Shown here one piece after another: positions 20,479 to 32,076 of a stretch of 64,000 nt of DNA (positions within the stretch are counted from its first letter, which is position 1; every line of letters starts with the position of its first letter). Source of the DNA: Steroidobacteraceae bacterium (GTDB lineage Bacteria; Pseudomonadota; Gammaproteobacteria; Steroidobacterales; Steroidobacteraceae); assembly GCA_025458865.1 (NCBI GenBank), contig JALORP010000002.1, forward strand, positions 3,812 through 67,811. Direction: 5' to 3'. The position numbers were made by a program, and so were the translations under genes. Under the pieces are notes generated by a model. It was given only the letters and a program-made list of their open reading frames with translations. It searched no databases and was not told where the DNA came from.

Positions 20479-22199
20479 GGCGCCGCTCCGGGGGCGCCGA
20501 CATGGACGCGGCCCGCTTCCGCCTGCGCGCGCGGATCGTGGTGGCCGTCCTCGTGGTCGTGGCCGGCGTGCTCGGCGCGCGCGCCGTGCAGCTGCAGGTG
20601 CTGGACCAGCAGTTCCTGGCGAAGCAGGGCGACATGCGCTACACGCGCGTCGCGAAGATCCCGGCGCACCGCGGAGCCATGGTGGACCGTTTCGGCGAGC
20701 CGATCGCGGTCAGCTCGCCGGTGGACACCGTCTACGTCAACCCGCGGGAGCTCGCGCAGGCCCCCGACGAGATCCCGCGCCTCGCCAAGGCGCTCAAGCG
20801 CGACCCGCAGTGGCTCGCGCAGCGCGTCACCAGCAACCTCGACCGGCAGTTCCTCTACGTCGCGCGCCACATGGACCCAGCGGATGCGGCGCGCGTGCGC
20901 GCGCTCGGCGTGCCGGGCGTCTACCTGACCCGCGAGTACAAGCGCTACTACCCCAGCGGCGAGGTGACCGGCCACGTGCTCGGCTTCACCAACCTCGACG
21001 ACGTCGGCCAGGAGGGGATGGAGCTCGCCTACGACCGCTCGCTCGCCGGCATCGACGGCCGCAAGCGCGTCATCCAGGACGGCCGCGGCCGCATCATCGA
21101 GAACGTCGAGAGCATCAGCGCGCCGCGCCCGGGCGAGGTGCTGGAGCTCTCGCTCGACTTGCGCATCCAGTACCTCGCCTACCGCGAGCTGAAGGCGGCC
21201 GTGCGCCGCCACCGGGCCCGCTCGGGCTCGGTGATCGTGCTCGACGTGCACACGGGCGAGGTGCTGGCCATGGTCAACCAGCCCTCCTTCAACCCGAACG
21301 ACCGCGCCCAGTACGAGGTCGCGCGCTACCGCAACCGTGCCGTCACCGACATCATCGAGCCCGGTTCGAGCATCAAGCCCTTCGTGCTCGCCGCGGCGCT
21401 CGACTCGGGCCGCTACCGCCCCGACACGGTGATCGACACCAACCCGGGCATGATCCGGGTCGGCGTCAAGAGCATCCAGGACAAGAACAACCTCGGCTCG
21501 GCCAGTCTCACCACGATCCTCGCGCGCTCGAGCAACGTCGGCATGGCCAAGATCGCGCTGTCCCTGGAGCGCGACCAGCTGCACGGGGTGCTCCGCGACC
21601 TCGGCTTCGGCGCGGTCACGGCGAGCGGCTTCCCCGGCGAGTCGGCCGGCCTGCTGTCCGGCCCGGCGCACTGGCGGCCCATCGGCGTCGCCACGCTCTC
21701 CTACGGCTACGGCATGTCGGTCACGCCGCTGCAGCTCGCCCACGCCTACGCGACGATCGGCTCGCTGGGCCTGCGCCGCCCCGTCACGTTCCGCAAGGCG
21801 ACCGGTCCCGTGCCCGCGGAGCGCGTACTCGACGAGAAAGTGGCGCGCGACGTCATCGGGCTGCTGGAGGCCGTGGTGACCCAGGGTACCGGTGGCAAGG
21901 CCGGCGTCCCCGGCTACAGCGTCGCCGGCAAGACCGGCACGGCCTGGAAGGCCGTCGGCGGCAGCTACTCCACCGACAAGTACCTCGCGGTGTTCGCGGG
22001 CGTGGCGCCGGCGAGCCGCCCGCGGCTCGCGACGGTCGTGCTGATCGACGAGCCGTCCGGCGCGCTCTACTACGGCGGCGACGTCGCGGCGCCGGTGTTC
22101 TCCTCCGTCATGTCGGGCGCGCTGCGCCTGATGGGCGTGGCGCCCGACGACCTGTCGCTCGTTTCGCCGGCCACGACGATCGTGCAGGTGCAGCCGTGA
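20475..22199 (+). CDS. ftsI: peptidoglycan D,D-transpeptidase FtsI (PBP3)
   Basis: The internal ATG at 20475 overlaps the ftsL stop (ATGA). The product has a TM anchor, a PBP dimerisation domain, SxxK (GSSIKP), SSN and KTGT motifs. Confidence 0.93.
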   Translation: MRRRSGGADMDAARFRLRARIVVAVLVVVAGVLGARAVQLQVLDQQFLAKQGDMRYTRVAKIPAHRGAMVDRFGEPIAVSSPVDTVYVNPRELAQAPDEIPRLAKALKRDPQWLAQRVTSNLDRQFLYVARHMDPADAARVRALGVPGVYLTREYKRYYPSGEVTGHVLGFTNLDDVGQEGMELAYDRSLAGIDGRKRVIQDGRGRIIENVESISAPRPGEVLELSLDLRIQYLAYRELKAAVRRHRARSGSVIVLDVHTGEVLAMVNQPSFNPNDRAQYEVARYRNRAVTDIIEPGSSIKPFVLAAALDSGRYRPDTVIDTNPGMIRVGVKSIQDKNNLGSASLTTILARSSNVGMAKIALSLERDQLHGVLRDLGFGAVTASGFPGESAGLLSGPAHWRPIGVATLSYGYGMSVTPLQLAHAYATIGSLGLRRPVTFRKATGPVPAERVLDEKVARDVIGLLEAVVTQGTGGKAGVPGYSVAGKTGTAWKAVGGSYSTDKYLAVFAGVAPASRPRLATVVLIDEPSGALYYGGDVAAPVFSSVMSGALRLMGVAPDDLSLVSPATTIVQVQP

Positions 22200-23686
22200 C
22201 GGCCGCCGGGACGACGCTCGATGCGCTGCTCGAGGGCTTCGCCGCGGCGCCGCGCGTCCCCGTGGCTGGCCTCGCCCTCGACGGCCGCCGCCTCCGTGCC
22301 GGCGAGGCGTTCGTCGCCCTGCGCGGCCGCAGCGGTCACGGGCTCGATTTCGTGTCGCAGGCCATCGCCCGCGGCGCCCGCGCGGTGCTGTGGGATCCGG
22401 CGGAAGGCGCCGGCCCCGGAGCGCTGCCCGGCGGCGTCGCCGCCGTTGCGGTACCGGCGCTGCGCCAGCGCCTCGGCGAGATCGCCGCGCGCTGCTTCGG
22501 TCATCCCGCCGCCCGGCTGTCCATCGCCGGCGTGACCGGCACCAACGGCAAGACCACCTGCGCGTGGCTGCTGGCCCTCGCCAGCGCAAGGCTCGGGCGC
22601 GACGCCGGCTACCTCGGCACGCTCGGCTGCGGCCGGCCGCCGGCCCTCGCCGAGACGAGCCACACGACCCCCGACGTGCTGGCGCTGCATGGCGCGCTCG
22701 CGGGCCTCGTCGCCGACGGCGTGGAGCGCGCCGTGCTCGAGGTGTCCTCGCATGCGCTCGACCAGGACCGCCTCGCCGGCGTCCCGGTCGCGGTCGCTGC
22801 CTTCACGAACCTCACGCGCGACCACCTCGATTACCACGGCACGCTCGAGGCCTACGCGGCCGCGAAGCGCCGCCTGTTCGAGCTGCCGGGCGTCGCCCAC
22901 GCCGTGATCAACGTCGGCGACCCGGTCGGCCTCGGGTTCGCGCGCGGCCTGCCCGCGGGGGTCGAGCTGACGGCCGTGAGCGTCGGCGCGGGCCCGGACA
23001 TCGGCGCGGCGCGGCGGCTTCGCGTGACGAACCTCGCCACCGGCCCCGGCGGACTCGTGCTCGCGATCGAGGGCGACTTCGGCGTGCGCGAGCTGCGCTC
23101 GCCGCTGGTCGGGGCCTTCAACGCCGAGAACCTCGCCGTCGTGCTCGGCATGCTGCTCGCCTGGGGCCACCCGGTGGATGCCGCCCTGGAAGCGCTCGCC
23201 GGCTGCGGGGCTCCCCCGGGCCGGATGGAGTCCTTCCGCACCGCGGGCGGCGCGCTCGCGATCGTGGACTACGCGCACACGCCTGACGCGCTCGCCAAGG
23301 TGCTCGAGGCGGCGCGCCGGCACGCCGCGGGCCGGCTCGCGGTCGTCTTCGGCTGCGGCGGCGAGCGCGATGCCGGCAAGCGCGCGCCGATGGGCGCCAT
23401 CGCCGAGCGCCTCGCGGACCTCGTCTACGTCACCGACGACAACCCGCGCGGCGAGGATCCGCAGCACATCGTCGCCGCGATCCTCGCGGGCATGAATTCG
23501 CCCGGCCGCGCGCGGGTCGAGCGCGACCGCGCCGCGGCGATCGCGGCCGCGGTCGCCTCCGCGGGCGCCGGAGACGTCGTCGTGATCGCGGGCAAGGGCC
23601 ACGAGCGCGTGCAGGTCATCGGCCGCGAGGCGCGGCCGTTCAGCGACCGCGACTGCCTGCTCGCGCTCGGCGGGGTGGCCGCATGA
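22196..23686 (+). CDS. murE: UDP-N-acetylmuramoyl-L-alanyl-D-glutamate--2,6-diaminopimelate ligase MurE
   Basis: The GTG at 22196 overlaps the ftsI stop (GTGA). [11 protein letters not shown]-loop and DNPR motif are present. The product is 496 aa. Confidence 0.93.
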   Translation: MTAAGTTLDALLEGFAAAPRVPVAGLALDGRRLRAGEAFVALRGRSGHGLDFVSQAIARGARAVLWDPAEGAGPGALPGGVAAVAVPALRQRLGEIAARCFGHPAARLSIAGVTGTNGKTTCAWLLALASARLGRDAGYLGTLGCGRPPALAETSHTTPDVLALHGALAGLVADGVERAVLEVSSHALDQDRLAGVPVAVAAFTNLTRDHLDYHGTLEAYAAAKRRLFELPGVAHAVINVGDPVGLGFARGLPAGVELTAVSVGAGPDIGAARRLRVTNLATGPGGLVLAIEGDFGVRELRSPLVGAFNAENLAVVLGMLLAWGHPVDAALEALAGCGAPPGRMESFRTAGGALAIVDYAHTPDALAKVLEAARRHAAGRLAVVFGCGGERDAGKRAPMGAIAERLADLVYVTDDNPRGEDPQHIVAAILAGMNSPGRARVERDRAAAIAAAVASAGAGDVVVIAGKGHERVQVIGREARPFSDRDCLLALGGVAA

Positions 23687-25059
23687 AGCGCACGCTCGCA
23701 GCCTTCGCCGCGGCCAGCGGCGCGAAGCTCCTCGGCGAGGACCGCGCCTTCGGGCCGGTGTCCACCGATTCGCGGACGCTGCCCGCCGATGCCCTGTTCG
23801 TCGCGCTGCGCGGCGAGCGCTTCGACGGCCACGACTTCGCCGCCGCCGCGGTCGAGCGCGGGGCGGTGGCCGCGCTGGTCGAGCGCGACCTCGGCCTGCC
23901 GGTGCCGCAGCTGGTCGCGGACGATTCGCTCGCGGCGCTGTCCGCCGCGGCGGCCGCCTGGCGCGCCGGCTTCGGCATTCCCGTCGTCGGCGTCGCGGGC
24001 AGCAACGGCAAGACGTCCACGAAGGAACTGGTCGCCGCGATCCTCGCGGAGCGCGGGCCGGTGCTCGCCACGCGCGGCAGCCTCAACAACCACATCGGCG
24101 TGCCGCTCACGCTCTTCGGCATCGGTCCGGAGCACCGCGCGGCCGTGATCGAGATCGGCGCCAACCATCCCGGCGAGGTCGCCGCGCTGGCGGCCCTGGC
24201 GCGGCCGACCGTCGGGCTCGTGACCAACGCCGGCGCCGAGCACCTCGAAGGCTTCGGCAGCCTCGACGGCGTCGCGCGCGCCGAGGGCGAGCTGTACGAG
24301 GGACTGCCGGGCGACGGCACGGCCGTCGTCAACGCCGACGACGCCTACGCAGGCCTGTGGCGCGGCATGTGCGCCGCCGGGCGCATCGTGACCTTCGGCA
24401 CCGGCGAGGCCGACGTGCGCGCCCGCGGCGCGAGGCTCGCCGTCGAGGACGGCGCCTGGGCGACGCGCTTCGCTCTCGACACGCCGCAGGGGGTGGTTTC
24501 GGTCCGCCTGGCGCTGCCCGGCCTGCACAACGTCATGAACGCGGCCGGCGCGGCGGCGGCGGCGCTCGCCTGCGGCGCGACCCTGGCGCAGGTCGCCGGG
24601 GGCCTGGCGCGGGTGCAGCCCGTGGCGGGGCGGCTGCAGCTGAAGGCCGGCACCGGCGGCGCCTGGATCGTGGACGACTCCTACAACGCCAACCCGAGCT
24701 CGGCGATCGCCGGGCTCGACGTGCTCGCGGCGCTGCCCGGCGAGCACTGGCTCGTCCTCGGCGAAATGGCCGAGCTCGGTTTGCACGCCGAGGCGGCGCA
24801 TGCCGAGGTCGGCCGCCACGCGCGGCTGACGGGCGTCACGCGCCTGGACGCGGTGGGCGAGCACGCGCGGCACGCGGTCGCCGCCTTCGGCGAGGGCGGG
24901 CGCTGGCACCTCGACGCGCCTTCGCTCGTGGACGCGCTGCGCCCGGCGCTCCGGCCGGACGTGACCGTGCTGGTGAAGGGATCCCGGGTCAACCGCCTCG
25001 AGCGCGTCGTGGGCGCGCTCGAGGCCCCGCCGGCGCGCGCGGCCGGCGCAACGCACTGA
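23683..25059 (+). CDS. murF: UDP-N-acetylmuramoyl-tripeptide--D-alanyl-D-alanine ligase MurF
   Basis: 458 aa of the Mur ligase family with [13 protein letters not shown]. The ATGA overlaps the murE stop. Confidence 0.93.
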   Translation: MKRTLAAFAAASGAKLLGEDRAFGPVSTDSRTLPADALFVALRGERFDGHDFAAAAVERGAVAALVERDLGLPVPQLVADDSLAALSAAAAAWRAGFGIPVVGVAGSNGKTSTKELVAAILAERGPVLATRGSLNNHIGVPLTLFGIGPEHRAAVIEIGANHPGEVAALAALARPTVGLVTNAGAEHLEGFGSLDGVARAEGELYEGLPGDGTAVVNADDAYAGLWRGMCAAGRIVTFGTGEADVRARGARLAVEDGAWATRFALDTPQGVVSVRLALPGLHNVMNAAGAAAAALACGATLAQVAGGLARVQPVAGRLQLKAGTGGAWIVDDSYNANPSSAIAGLDVLAALPGEHWLVLGEMAELGLHAEAAHAEVGRHARLTGVTRLDAVGEHARHAVAAFGEGGRWHLDAPSLVDALRPALRPDVTVLVKGSRVNRLERVVGALEAPPARAAGATH

Positions 25060-25070
25060 GGGCGCGGCGA

Positions 25071-26156
25071 ATGCTTCTCGAGCTCTTCGCCTGGCTGGAC
25101 GACTTCTACGGCGGCTTCCGCGTCTTCGGCTACCTGACGCTGCGCGCGATCATGGCCGCGCTCACCGCGCTCGCCATCTCGCTGCTCGTCGGCCCGCCGA
25201 TGATCCGCCGCCTCGCGCAGAAGCAGATCGGCCAGGTCGTGCGCACCGACGGCCCGCAGACCCACCTCGGCAAGCGCGGCACGCCGACCATGGGCGGGAC
25301 ACTGATACTGGTCGCCATCGCGGTGAGCACGCTGCTGTGGGCGGACCTCGGCAACCGGTTCGTGTGGGTGGTGCTCGCGGTGACGCTGTCCTTCGGCGTG
25401 ATCGGCTTCTACGACGACTACCTCAAGCTGGTGATCCGCGACCCACGCGGCCTCGCCGCGCGCTGGAAGTACTTCTGGCAGTCCGTGGCGGGCCTCGGCG
25501 CCGCCTTCGCGCTGTGGTTCACCGCGGTCACGCCGGCGGAGACCTCCCTGTTCGTCCCGGTGTTCAAGGACTTCATCGTCCCGATGGGCATGGCCGCCTA
25601 CGTCCTGTTCACCTACTTCGTCATCGTCGGCTCGAGCAACGCGGTCAACCTCACCGACGGCCTCGACGGGCTGGCCATCATGCCCTGCGTGATGGTCGCC
25701 GGCGCGCTCGGCGTGTTCGCCTACGCCACCGGCAACGTCAACTTCTCGAACTACCTGCAGATTCCCTACGTGCCCGGCACGGGCGAGATGCTGATCTTCG
25801 CCGCCACCATCGTGGGCGCGGGCCTCGGCTTCCTGTGGTTCAACACCTACCCGGCCCAGGTGTTCATGGGCGACGTCGGCGCGCTCGCGCTCGGCGCCGC
25901 GCTGGGCGTGCTCGCGGTGATTGTCCGGCAGGAGATCGTGCTGGCCATCATGGGCGGCATCTTCGTCCTCGAGACCGTGTCGGTGATGCTGCAGGTCGCC
26001 TCCTTCAAGCTGCGCGGCAAGCGGATCTTCCGCATGGCGCCCATCCACCACCACTTCGAGCTCAAGGGCTGGGCCGAGCCGAAGGTGATCGTCCGCTTCT
26101 GGATCATCTCCTTCGTGCTGGTCCTGGTCGGGCTCGCCACCCTGAAGGTGCGCTGA
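25071..26156 (+). CDS. mraY: phospho-N-acetylmuramoyl-pentapeptide-transferase MraY
   Basis: Internal ATG at 25071. The sequences [39 protein letters not shown] and HHHFEL are classic MraY. Confidence 0.95.
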   Translation: MLLELFAWLDDFYGGFRVFGYLTLRAIMAALTALAISLLVGPPMIRRLAQKQIGQVVRTDGPQTHLGKRGTPTMGGTLILVAIAVSTLLWADLGNRFVWVVLAVTLSFGVIGFYDDYLKLVIRDPRGLAARWKYFWQSVAGLGAAFALWFTAVTPAETSLFVPVFKDFIVPMGMAAYVLFTYFVIVGSSNAVNLTDGLDGLAIMPCVMVAGALGVFAYATGNVNFSNYLQIPYVPGTGEMLIFAATIVGAGLGFLWFNTYPAQVFMGDVGALALGAALGVLAVIVRQEIVLAIMGGIFVLETVSVMLQVASFKLRGKRIFRMAPIHHHFELKGWAEPKVIVRFWIISFVLVLVGLATLKVR

Positions 26157-27514
26157 TGACCGCCCGCGAACGCATGCTCCCGTCGAGCCAGGGTGGCCCC
26201 GTGAGCGTCATCGTGGGCCTCGGCCGCACGGGGGTTTCCTGCGCGCGCCACCTCGCCGCGCGCGGCCACGAGCTGCGCATCACCGACTCCCGCGCGGCGC
26301 CGCCGGGGCTCGCCGAGGTGCAGCGCCTCGCCCCCGGGGCCCGCATCGCGCTGGGCGGCTTCGACGAGTCGCTGCTCGAGGGCGCCGACCAGGTCGTGGT
26401 CTCGCCCGGGGTCTCGCTGCGCGAGCCGATGCTCGTGGCCGCCGCCGCGCGCGGCCTCGACATCGTCGGCGACATCGAGCTGTTCGCCCGCGAGGTGACC
26501 GGGCGCACGGTGGCGATCACCGGCACGAACGGAAAGAGCACGGTCACGACGCTCGTCGGGGAGATCGCCGAGGCCGCCGGCGTGGACGTGCGCGTCGGCG
26601 GCAACATCGGCCGCCCGGCGCTGGACCTGCTCGCCGGCGAGCCCGCGGGGCTGTACGTCCTCGAGCTGTCCAGCTTCCAGCTCGAGACCACGCGCTCGCT
26701 CGAGCTCGTCGCCGCGACGGTCCTGAACGTCACCGAGGACCACATGGACCGCTATGCGGACCTCGCGGAGTACGCCGGCGCCAAGGCCCGCATCTTCGAC
26801 CGGTCGGCGCTCGCGGTCGTGAACCTCGACGACGAGCTCGTGCGCCGCATGCCGAGGCCGGGCCAGGCCACGGCCGGCTTCAGCCTGCAGCGGGAGGACG
26901 CGGACTACACGCTCGCCGACCTGGGCGGCGCCCGCTGGCTCGTGGCGCGCGGCGAGCCCCTGCTGCCGCTGCGCGACCTCAGGCTCGCCGGCCTGCACAA
27001 CGCGGCGAACGCGCTCGCCGCCGTCGCGCTGGCCGACGCGGCGGGCCTGCCGCACGAGGCGGGCGTGGCGGCGCTGACGCACTTCCCGGGCCTGCCGCAC
27101 CGCGCGCAGGTCGTCGCCGAGGCCCGCGGCGTGCGCTGGATCGACGACTCCAAGGCGACCAACGTCGGCGCCGCGCTCGCCACGCTGGGGGGCATGCCCG
27201 GGCCCCTCATCCTCATCGCGGGCGGCGACGGCAAGGGACAGGATTTCGCGCCGCTCGCGGCGCCGCTGGCCGGCAAGGTCAAGCTCGCGCTGCTCATCGG
27301 CCGCGACGCGGCCGCGGTCGGCGCGGCGCTCGAGGGGGCCTGCCCGCTGCGCTTCGCGGCGACGCTCGAGGAGGCCGTGGCCAAGGCGCACGCGGCGAGC
27401 GCGCCGGGCGATACGGTGATCCTCTCGCCGGCCTGCGCCAGTCTCGACATGTTCCGCGACTACGCGCACCGCGGCGAGGTCTTCGCCGCCGCCGCCGCGA
27501 AGGTGGGCGCATGA
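26156..27514 (+). CDS. murD: UDP-N-acetylmuramoylalanine--D-glutamate ligase MurD
   Basis: The ATG at 26156 overlaps the mraY stop (TGATG). GLGRTG Rossmann-like N-terminus and GTNGKSTV are present. Confidence 0.93.
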   Translation: MTARERMLPSSQGGPVSVIVGLGRTGVSCARHLAARGHELRITDSRAAPPGLAEVQRLAPGARIALGGFDESLLEGADQVVVSPGVSLREPMLVAAAARGLDIVGDIELFAREVTGRTVAITGTNGKSTVTTLVGEIAEAAGVDVRVGGNIGRPALDLLAGEPAGLYVLELSSFQLETTRSLELVAATVLNVTEDHMDRYADLAEYAGAKARIFDRSALAVVNLDDELVRRMPRPGQATAGFSLQREDADYTLADLGGARWLVARGEPLLPLRDLRLAGLHNAANALAAVALADAAGLPHEAGVAALTHFPGLPHRAQVVAEARGVRWIDDSKATNVGAALATLGGMPGPLILIAGGDGKGQDFAPLAAPLAGKVKLALLIGRDAAAVGAALEGACPLRFAATLEEAVAKAHAASAPGDTVILSPACASLDMFRDYAHRGEVFAAAAAKVGA

Positions 27515-28692
27515 AGACCACTCCGCTCGCCCATTCGCGCTCCGCGGGCCGCCAGCAGCGGCTGTTCGTGGACCCGGTGCTGGTGTCGGCGGCGCTCGGC
27601 CTGCTGCTCATCGGCCTGGTCATGGTGACCTCGGCCTCGGTCACCATCGCCGAGCGCACGGCCGGCGAGCCGCTGATCTTCCTGCAGCGGCAGCTCGCTT
27701 CGGCGGGCCTCGGCCTCGCGCTCGCGACGCTGCTGCTCGCCGTCCCCATGTCGCTGTGGCAGCGCTCGGCGCCGCTGCTGCTGCTGGGCGCCTTCGTGCT
27801 GCTGGTGCTGGTGCTCGTGCCGGGCATCGGCCACGAGGTGAACGGCAGCCAGCGCTGGATCCGCGTCGGCCCTCTCAACTTCCAGCCCTCCGAGCCCGCG
27901 CGCGTCATGCTGCTCGCCTACGTCGCCGCCTACGCGGTGCGGCAGCAGGAGGCGCTGGCGAGTTCCTGGCAGGGATTCGTCAAGCCGCTGGCCGTGCTCT
28001 GCGTGGCCGCGCTGCTGCTGCTGCTGGAGCCGGACTTCGGCGCGGCGGTCGTGCTGCTCGCCACCGGCACGGTGGTCCTGTTCCTCGCCGGCGCGCGCTG
28101 GCGCGACTTCCTCGGCATGGCGGTGCTGGGCATCTGCGCGCTGGCGCTGCTCGCGCTGTCCTCCGACTACCGCGTGAGGCGTCTGAAGACCTTCACCGAC
28201 CCCTGGGCGGACCCGTTCAACAGCGGCTTCCAGCTGACGCAGTCGCTGATCGCGATCGGCCGCGGGGAGTGGCTCGGCGTCGGGCTTGGCTCGAGCGTGC
28301 AGAAGCTCTTCTACCTGCCGGAGGCGCACACGGACTTCGTGTTCGCGGTGCTCGCGGAGGAGCTCGGCCTCGTCGGCGTGATCGGCCTGCTGCTGCTGTT
28401 CGTGGTGCTGATCCTGCGCTGCTTCCGCCTCTCGCGGCTCGCCGCGGAGGCCGGCATGCCTTTCCACGCGCTGATGGCGGCGGCCTTCGGCACCTGGCTC
28501 GCCCTGCAGGCCTTCATCAACATCGGCGTCAACATGGGGCTGCTGCCCACCAAGGGCCTGACGCTGCCGCTGCTGTCCTACGGCCGCACGAGCCTCCTGA
28601 TCACGCTCGCCTGGATCGGCGCGATCCTCAGGGTCCACCACGAGGTCGCGGCCTCCGGGCGCGTGCCCATGGAGCAGGGAGGGCCGCCGTGA
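27511..28692 (+). CDS. ftsW: peptidoglycan glycosyltransferase FtsW (SEDS)
   Basis: 393-aa polytopic SEDS protein (PSEPARV, TDFVFAVLAEELG, PTKGLTLPLLSYG). The ATGA overlaps the murD stop. Confidence 0.93.
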   Translation: MKTTPLAHSRSAGRQQRLFVDPVLVSAALGLLLIGLVMVTSASVTIAERTAGEPLIFLQRQLASAGLGLALATLLLAVPMSLWQRSAPLLLLGAFVLLVLVLVPGIGHEVNGSQRWIRVGPLNFQPSEPARVMLLAYVAAYAVRQQEALASSWQGFVKPLAVLCVAALLLLLEPDFGAAVVLLATGTVVLFLAGARWRDFLGMAVLGICALALLALSSDYRVRRLKTFTDPWADPFNSGFQLTQSLIAIGRGEWLGVGLGSSVQKLFYLPEAHTDFVFAVLAEELGLVGVIGLLLLFVVLILRCFRLSRLAAEAGMPFHALMAAAFGTWLALQAFINIGVNMGLLPTKGLTLPLLSYGRTSLLITLAWIGAILRVHHEVAASGRVPMEQGGPP

Positions 28693-29774
28693 CGGCGCCC
28701 GTGCTCATCATGGCCGGCGGCACCGGGGGGCACGTGTTCCCGGCCCTGGCCGTGGCGCGGGCGCTGCGCGAGCAGCGGCGCGAGGTCGTCTGGCTCGGCA
28801 CCCGCCGGGGCATCGAGTCGCGGCTCGTGCCGGCGGCGGGCATTCCGGTCGAGTGGATCGAGATCGAGGGCCTGCGCGGAAGCGGCGCCGGCCGCTGGCT
28901 CGCGGCGCCGGTGCGGCTCGCGCGCGCGCTGCTGCAGGCGCTGGCGGTGCTCCGCCGCCTGCGCCCCGGCGTCGTGCTCGGCTGCGGCGGCTTCGTTTCG
29001 GGTCCCGGCGGTCTCGCCGCCTGGCTCACCCGCACGCCGCTCGTGATCCACGAGCAGAACGCCGTGGCCGGCATGACGAACCGCTGGCTGTCGCGGCTCG
29101 CGCACACCGTTGCGGAGGCGTTCGAGGGCAGCTTCGGCGCCGGCCGCCCCACGGTGGTGACGGGCAACCCGGTGCGGCGCGAGATCGAGTCCCTGCCGGC
29201 GCCGGCGGAGCGCTTTGCCGGCCGCAGCGGCCCGCTGCGGCTGTTCGTCTTCGGCGGCAGCCAGGGCGCCGCGGCGCTGAACCGGATCGTGCCGCAGGCG
29301 CTCGCGCGGCTGCCCGCCGACGAACGGCCGGCCGTGCTGCACCAGGCGGGCGAGCGAGGCGCGGGGGAAACCGCGGCGCGCTACCGCGAGCTCGGCGTCG
29401 AGGCCGACGTGCGGGCGTTCGTGGACGACATGGCCGGCGCCTACGCGCAAGCCGACCTCGTCATCAGCCGCGCGGGCGCGCTCACGGTGTCGGAGCTCGC
29501 CGCGGCCGGACTCGGCGCGGTGCTCGTGCCGTTCCCCGCGGCCGTGGACGACCACCAGACCAGGAATGCCGGGCGCCTCGTTGAAGCCGGCGCGGCGGTC
29601 GCCTGCGCCGAATCCGCGCTGACGCCCGAGTCGCTCGCCGGCGAACTGCGGCGGCTGCTGGGCGGCGGCCGCGCACCCCTTCTCGCGATGGCCGAGGCGG
29701 CGCGTTCGCTCGCGGTGACCGACGTGGGCGCCCGCCTCGCGGCGCTGTGCCTGGCGGCGGAGGCGGGCCGGTGA
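28689..29774 (+). CDS. murG: undecaprenyldiphospho-muramoylpentapeptide beta-N-acetylglucosaminyltransferase MurG
   Basis: The GTG at 28689 overlaps the ftsW stop. N-terminus [16 protein letters not shown] and HQTRNA motif are present. Confidence 0.93.
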   Translation: MTAPVLIMAGGTGGHVFPALAVARALREQRREVVWLGTRRGIESRLVPAAGIPVEWIEIEGLRGSGAGRWLAAPVRLARALLQALAVLRRLRPGVVLGCGGFVSGPGGLAAWLTRTPLVIHEQNAVAGMTNRWLSRLAHTVAEAFEGSFGAGRPTVVTGNPVRREIESLPAPAERFAGRSGPLRLFVFGGSQGAAALNRIVPQALARLPADERPAVLHQAGERGAGETAARYRELGVEADVRAFVDDMAGAYAQADLVISRAGALTVSELAAAGLGAVLVPFPAAVDDHQTRNAGRLVEAGAAVACAESALTPESLAGELRRLLGGGRAPLLAMAEAARSLAVTDVGARLAALCLAAEAGR

Positions 29775-31183
29775 TGAAGGACCGCATGCGCCGCATCCAC
29801 TGCATCCACTTCGTCGGCATCGGCGGCGCCGGCATGGGCGGCATCGCCGAGGTCCTGCTGAACCTCGGCTACGACGTGCAGGGCTCGGACCTCAGGGCGA
29901 ACGCGGTCACCGGGCAGCTCGGGCGGCTCGGCGCGCGCATCTTCACCGGCCACGAGGCGGGCAACGTCGCGGGCGCGGACGTCGTGGTCGTCTCCTCGGC
30001 CGTGCCGGCGGACAACCCGGAGCTCGTCGCGGCGCGCGCGGCGCGCCTGCCCGTGGTGCAGCGGGCCGAGATGCTCGCGGAGCTGATGCGCTTCCGCCAG
30101 GGCATCGCGGTCGCAGGGACCCACGGCAAGACCACGACGACGAGCCTCGTCGCGAGCGTGCTCGCCGCCGGCGGCCTCGATCCGACCTTCGTGATCGGCG
30201 GGCAGCTGAAGAGCGCCGGGACCAACGCGCGCCTAGGCGCCGGCCGCTGGCTGGTGGCGGAAGCCGACGAGAGCGACGCGTCGTTCCTGCACCTGCAGCC
30301 GGTGATCGCCATCGTCACGAACGTGGACCAGGACCACCTCGCGACGCACGGCGGGGACTTCGGGCGGCTGAAGCAGAGCTTCGTCGAGTTCCTGCACAAC
30401 CTGCCGTTCTGGGGCCTCGCCGTCATGTGCGGCGACGACGCGCACACGCGCGAGCTGATCCCCCAGGTCCCGCGGCCGGTCATGAGCTACGGTCTCGGCG
30501 AGCGCAACGACCTGCGCGCCGCGGCCCTGCGGCGCGACGGGCGGCGCACGCACTTCGACGTGCTGCGTCCCGGCCGGCCGCCGCTACCCGTCACCGTGAA
30601 CCTGCCCGGCACGCACAACGTGCTGAACGCGCTCGCGGCGATCGCCGTCGGCACCGAGCTCGAGGTGGCGGACGCCCACATCCAGGCCGCGCTCGCCGGT
30701 TTCGAGGGCATCGGCCGGCGGCTCGAGCGCCTCGGCGAGGTGGACACCGCGCGCGGGCGCGTCGAGATCGTGGATGACTACGGCCATCACCCGACGGAGA
30801 TCGCGGCGACGCTCGAGGCGATCCGCCAGGGCTGGCCGGGACGGCGCGTGGTGCTCGCCTTCCAGCCGCACCGCTACACCCGCACGCACGACCTCATCGA
30901 CGATTTCGGGCGCGTGCTGTCCGAGGCCGACGTGCTGCTGGTCACCGAGGTCTACGCGGCCGGCGAGGCGCCGATCGCCAATGCGGACGGCCGCGCGCTG
31001 TGCCGCGCGGTGCGCTCGCGCGGCCGCGTCGAGCCGGTCTTCGTCGAGTCGGTGCAGGAACTGCCCGGGGCGCTCGCCGCCGTGATCGAGGACGGCGACC
31101 TCGTGGTGACCATGGGCGCCGGCAGCATCGGCGCCGCGGCCCGCGAGCTGCCGGCGCGGCTCGGCGGGGAGGGCGCGGCATGA
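29774..31183 (+). CDS. murC: UDP-N-acetylmuramate--L-alanine ligase MurC
   Basis: The ATG at 29774 (or GTG at 29771) overlaps the murG stop. [18 protein letters not shown] and GTHGKTTTT are present. Confidence 0.93.
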   Translation: MKDRMRRIHCIHFVGIGGAGMGGIAEVLLNLGYDVQGSDLRANAVTGQLGRLGARIFTGHEAGNVAGADVVVVSSAVPADNPELVAARAARLPVVQRAEMLAELMRFRQGIAVAGTHGKTTTTSLVASVLAAGGLDPTFVIGGQLKSAGTNARLGAGRWLVAEADESDASFLHLQPVIAIVTNVDQDHLATHGGDFGRLKQSFVEFLHNLPFWGLAVMCGDDAHTRELIPQVPRPVMSYGLGERNDLRAAALRRDGRRTHFDVLRPGRPPLPVTVNLPGTHNVLNALAAIAVGTELEVADAHIQAALAGFEGIGRRLERLGEVDTARGRVEIVDDYGHHPTEIAATLEAIRQGWPGRRVVLAFQPHRYTRTHDLIDDFGRVLSEADVLLVTEVYAAGEAPIANADGRALCRAVRSRGRVEPVFVESVQELPGALAAVIEDGDLVVTMGAGSIGAAARELPARLGGEGAA

Positions 31184-32076
31184 GCCTGGTGCTGCCCGCC
31201 GCGCTGGAGCCCCGGGTGCGGCGCAACGAGCCGATGTCGAGGCACACGACCTGGCACGCCGGCGGGCCGGCGGATGCGTGGTTCGTGCCGCGGGACGTGG
31301 CCGACCTCGCCGCGTTCCTGCGCGGGCTGCCCGGCGAGGTGCCCGTGACCTGGGTCGGCCTCGGCAGCAACCTCCTGGTGCGCGACGCGGGCATCCGCGG
31401 CGTCGTGATCAGCCTGCACGGCGCGCTCAACGGCCTCGAGCGCGTGGACGAGACCACGCTCAGGGTCGAGGCGGGCGTGCCCTGCGCCCGCATCGCGCGC
31501 CAGTGCGCGCGATGGGAGCTGGGGCCCGCCGAGTTCTTCGCCGGCATCCCGGGCACGCTCGGCGGGGCGCTTGCGATGAACGCCGGCGCCTGGGGCGGCG
31601 AGACCTGGCGGCAGGTCGCCGAGGTCGAGACCATCGACCGCGCGGGCACGCTGCGCGTCCGCGCGGCCGCCGAATACGACGTCGGCTACCGTCGCGTCGT
31701 GGCCCCGGCCCCGGGCGAGTGGTTCGTGGCGGCGACGCTGCGTTTCGGCCATCACGCCGGCGGCGGCGCCGACGCCATCCGCTCGCTGCTCGAGCGTCGC
31801 CTCGCCAGCCAGCCCATCGGCGCCTGGAGCTGCGGCTCGGTGTTCACCAACCCGCCCGGCGACCACGCCGCGCGGCTGATCGAGAGCGCGGGGCTCAAGG
31901 GCTATCGCGTCGGCGACGCGCAGGTCTCGGCCAAGCACGCCAACTTCATCGTCAACCTCGGCCAGGCCCGCGCCGCGGACCTCGAGTCCGTCATCCGCCA
32001 CGTGCAGGAGACGGTCGAGCGCGTCCACGGCATCCGGCTGCATCCCGAGGTCCGCATCGTGGGGGACGTCGCATGA
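31180..32076 (+). CDS. murB: UDP-N-acetylenolpyruvoylglucosamine reductase MurB
   Basis: The ATG at 31180 overlaps the murC stop (ATGA). FAD-binding [10 protein letters not shown], and GSVFTNP plus [11 protein letters not shown], are present. Confidence 0.9.
   Translation: MSLVLPAALEPRVRRNEPMSRHTTWHAGGPADAWFVPRDVADLAAFLRGLPGEVPVTWVGLGSNLLVRDAGIRGVVISLHGALNGLERVDETTLRVEAGVPCARIARQCARWELGPAEFFAGIPGTLGGALAMNAGAWGGETWRQVAEVETIDRAGTLRVRAAAEYDVGYRRVVAPAPGEWFVAATLRFGHHAGGGADAIRSLLERRLASQPIGAWSCGSVFTNPPGDHAARLIESAGLKGYRVGDAQVSAKHANFIVNLGQARAADLESVIRHVQETVERVHGIRLHPEVRIVGDVA

Noticed and set aside
20286-22589. 767-aa minus-strand ORF across ftsL, ftsI and murE.
   Set aside because: It is antisense to well-supported dcw genes and its product is Arg/Ala/Gly-rich low complexity. 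This is a high-GC artefact.
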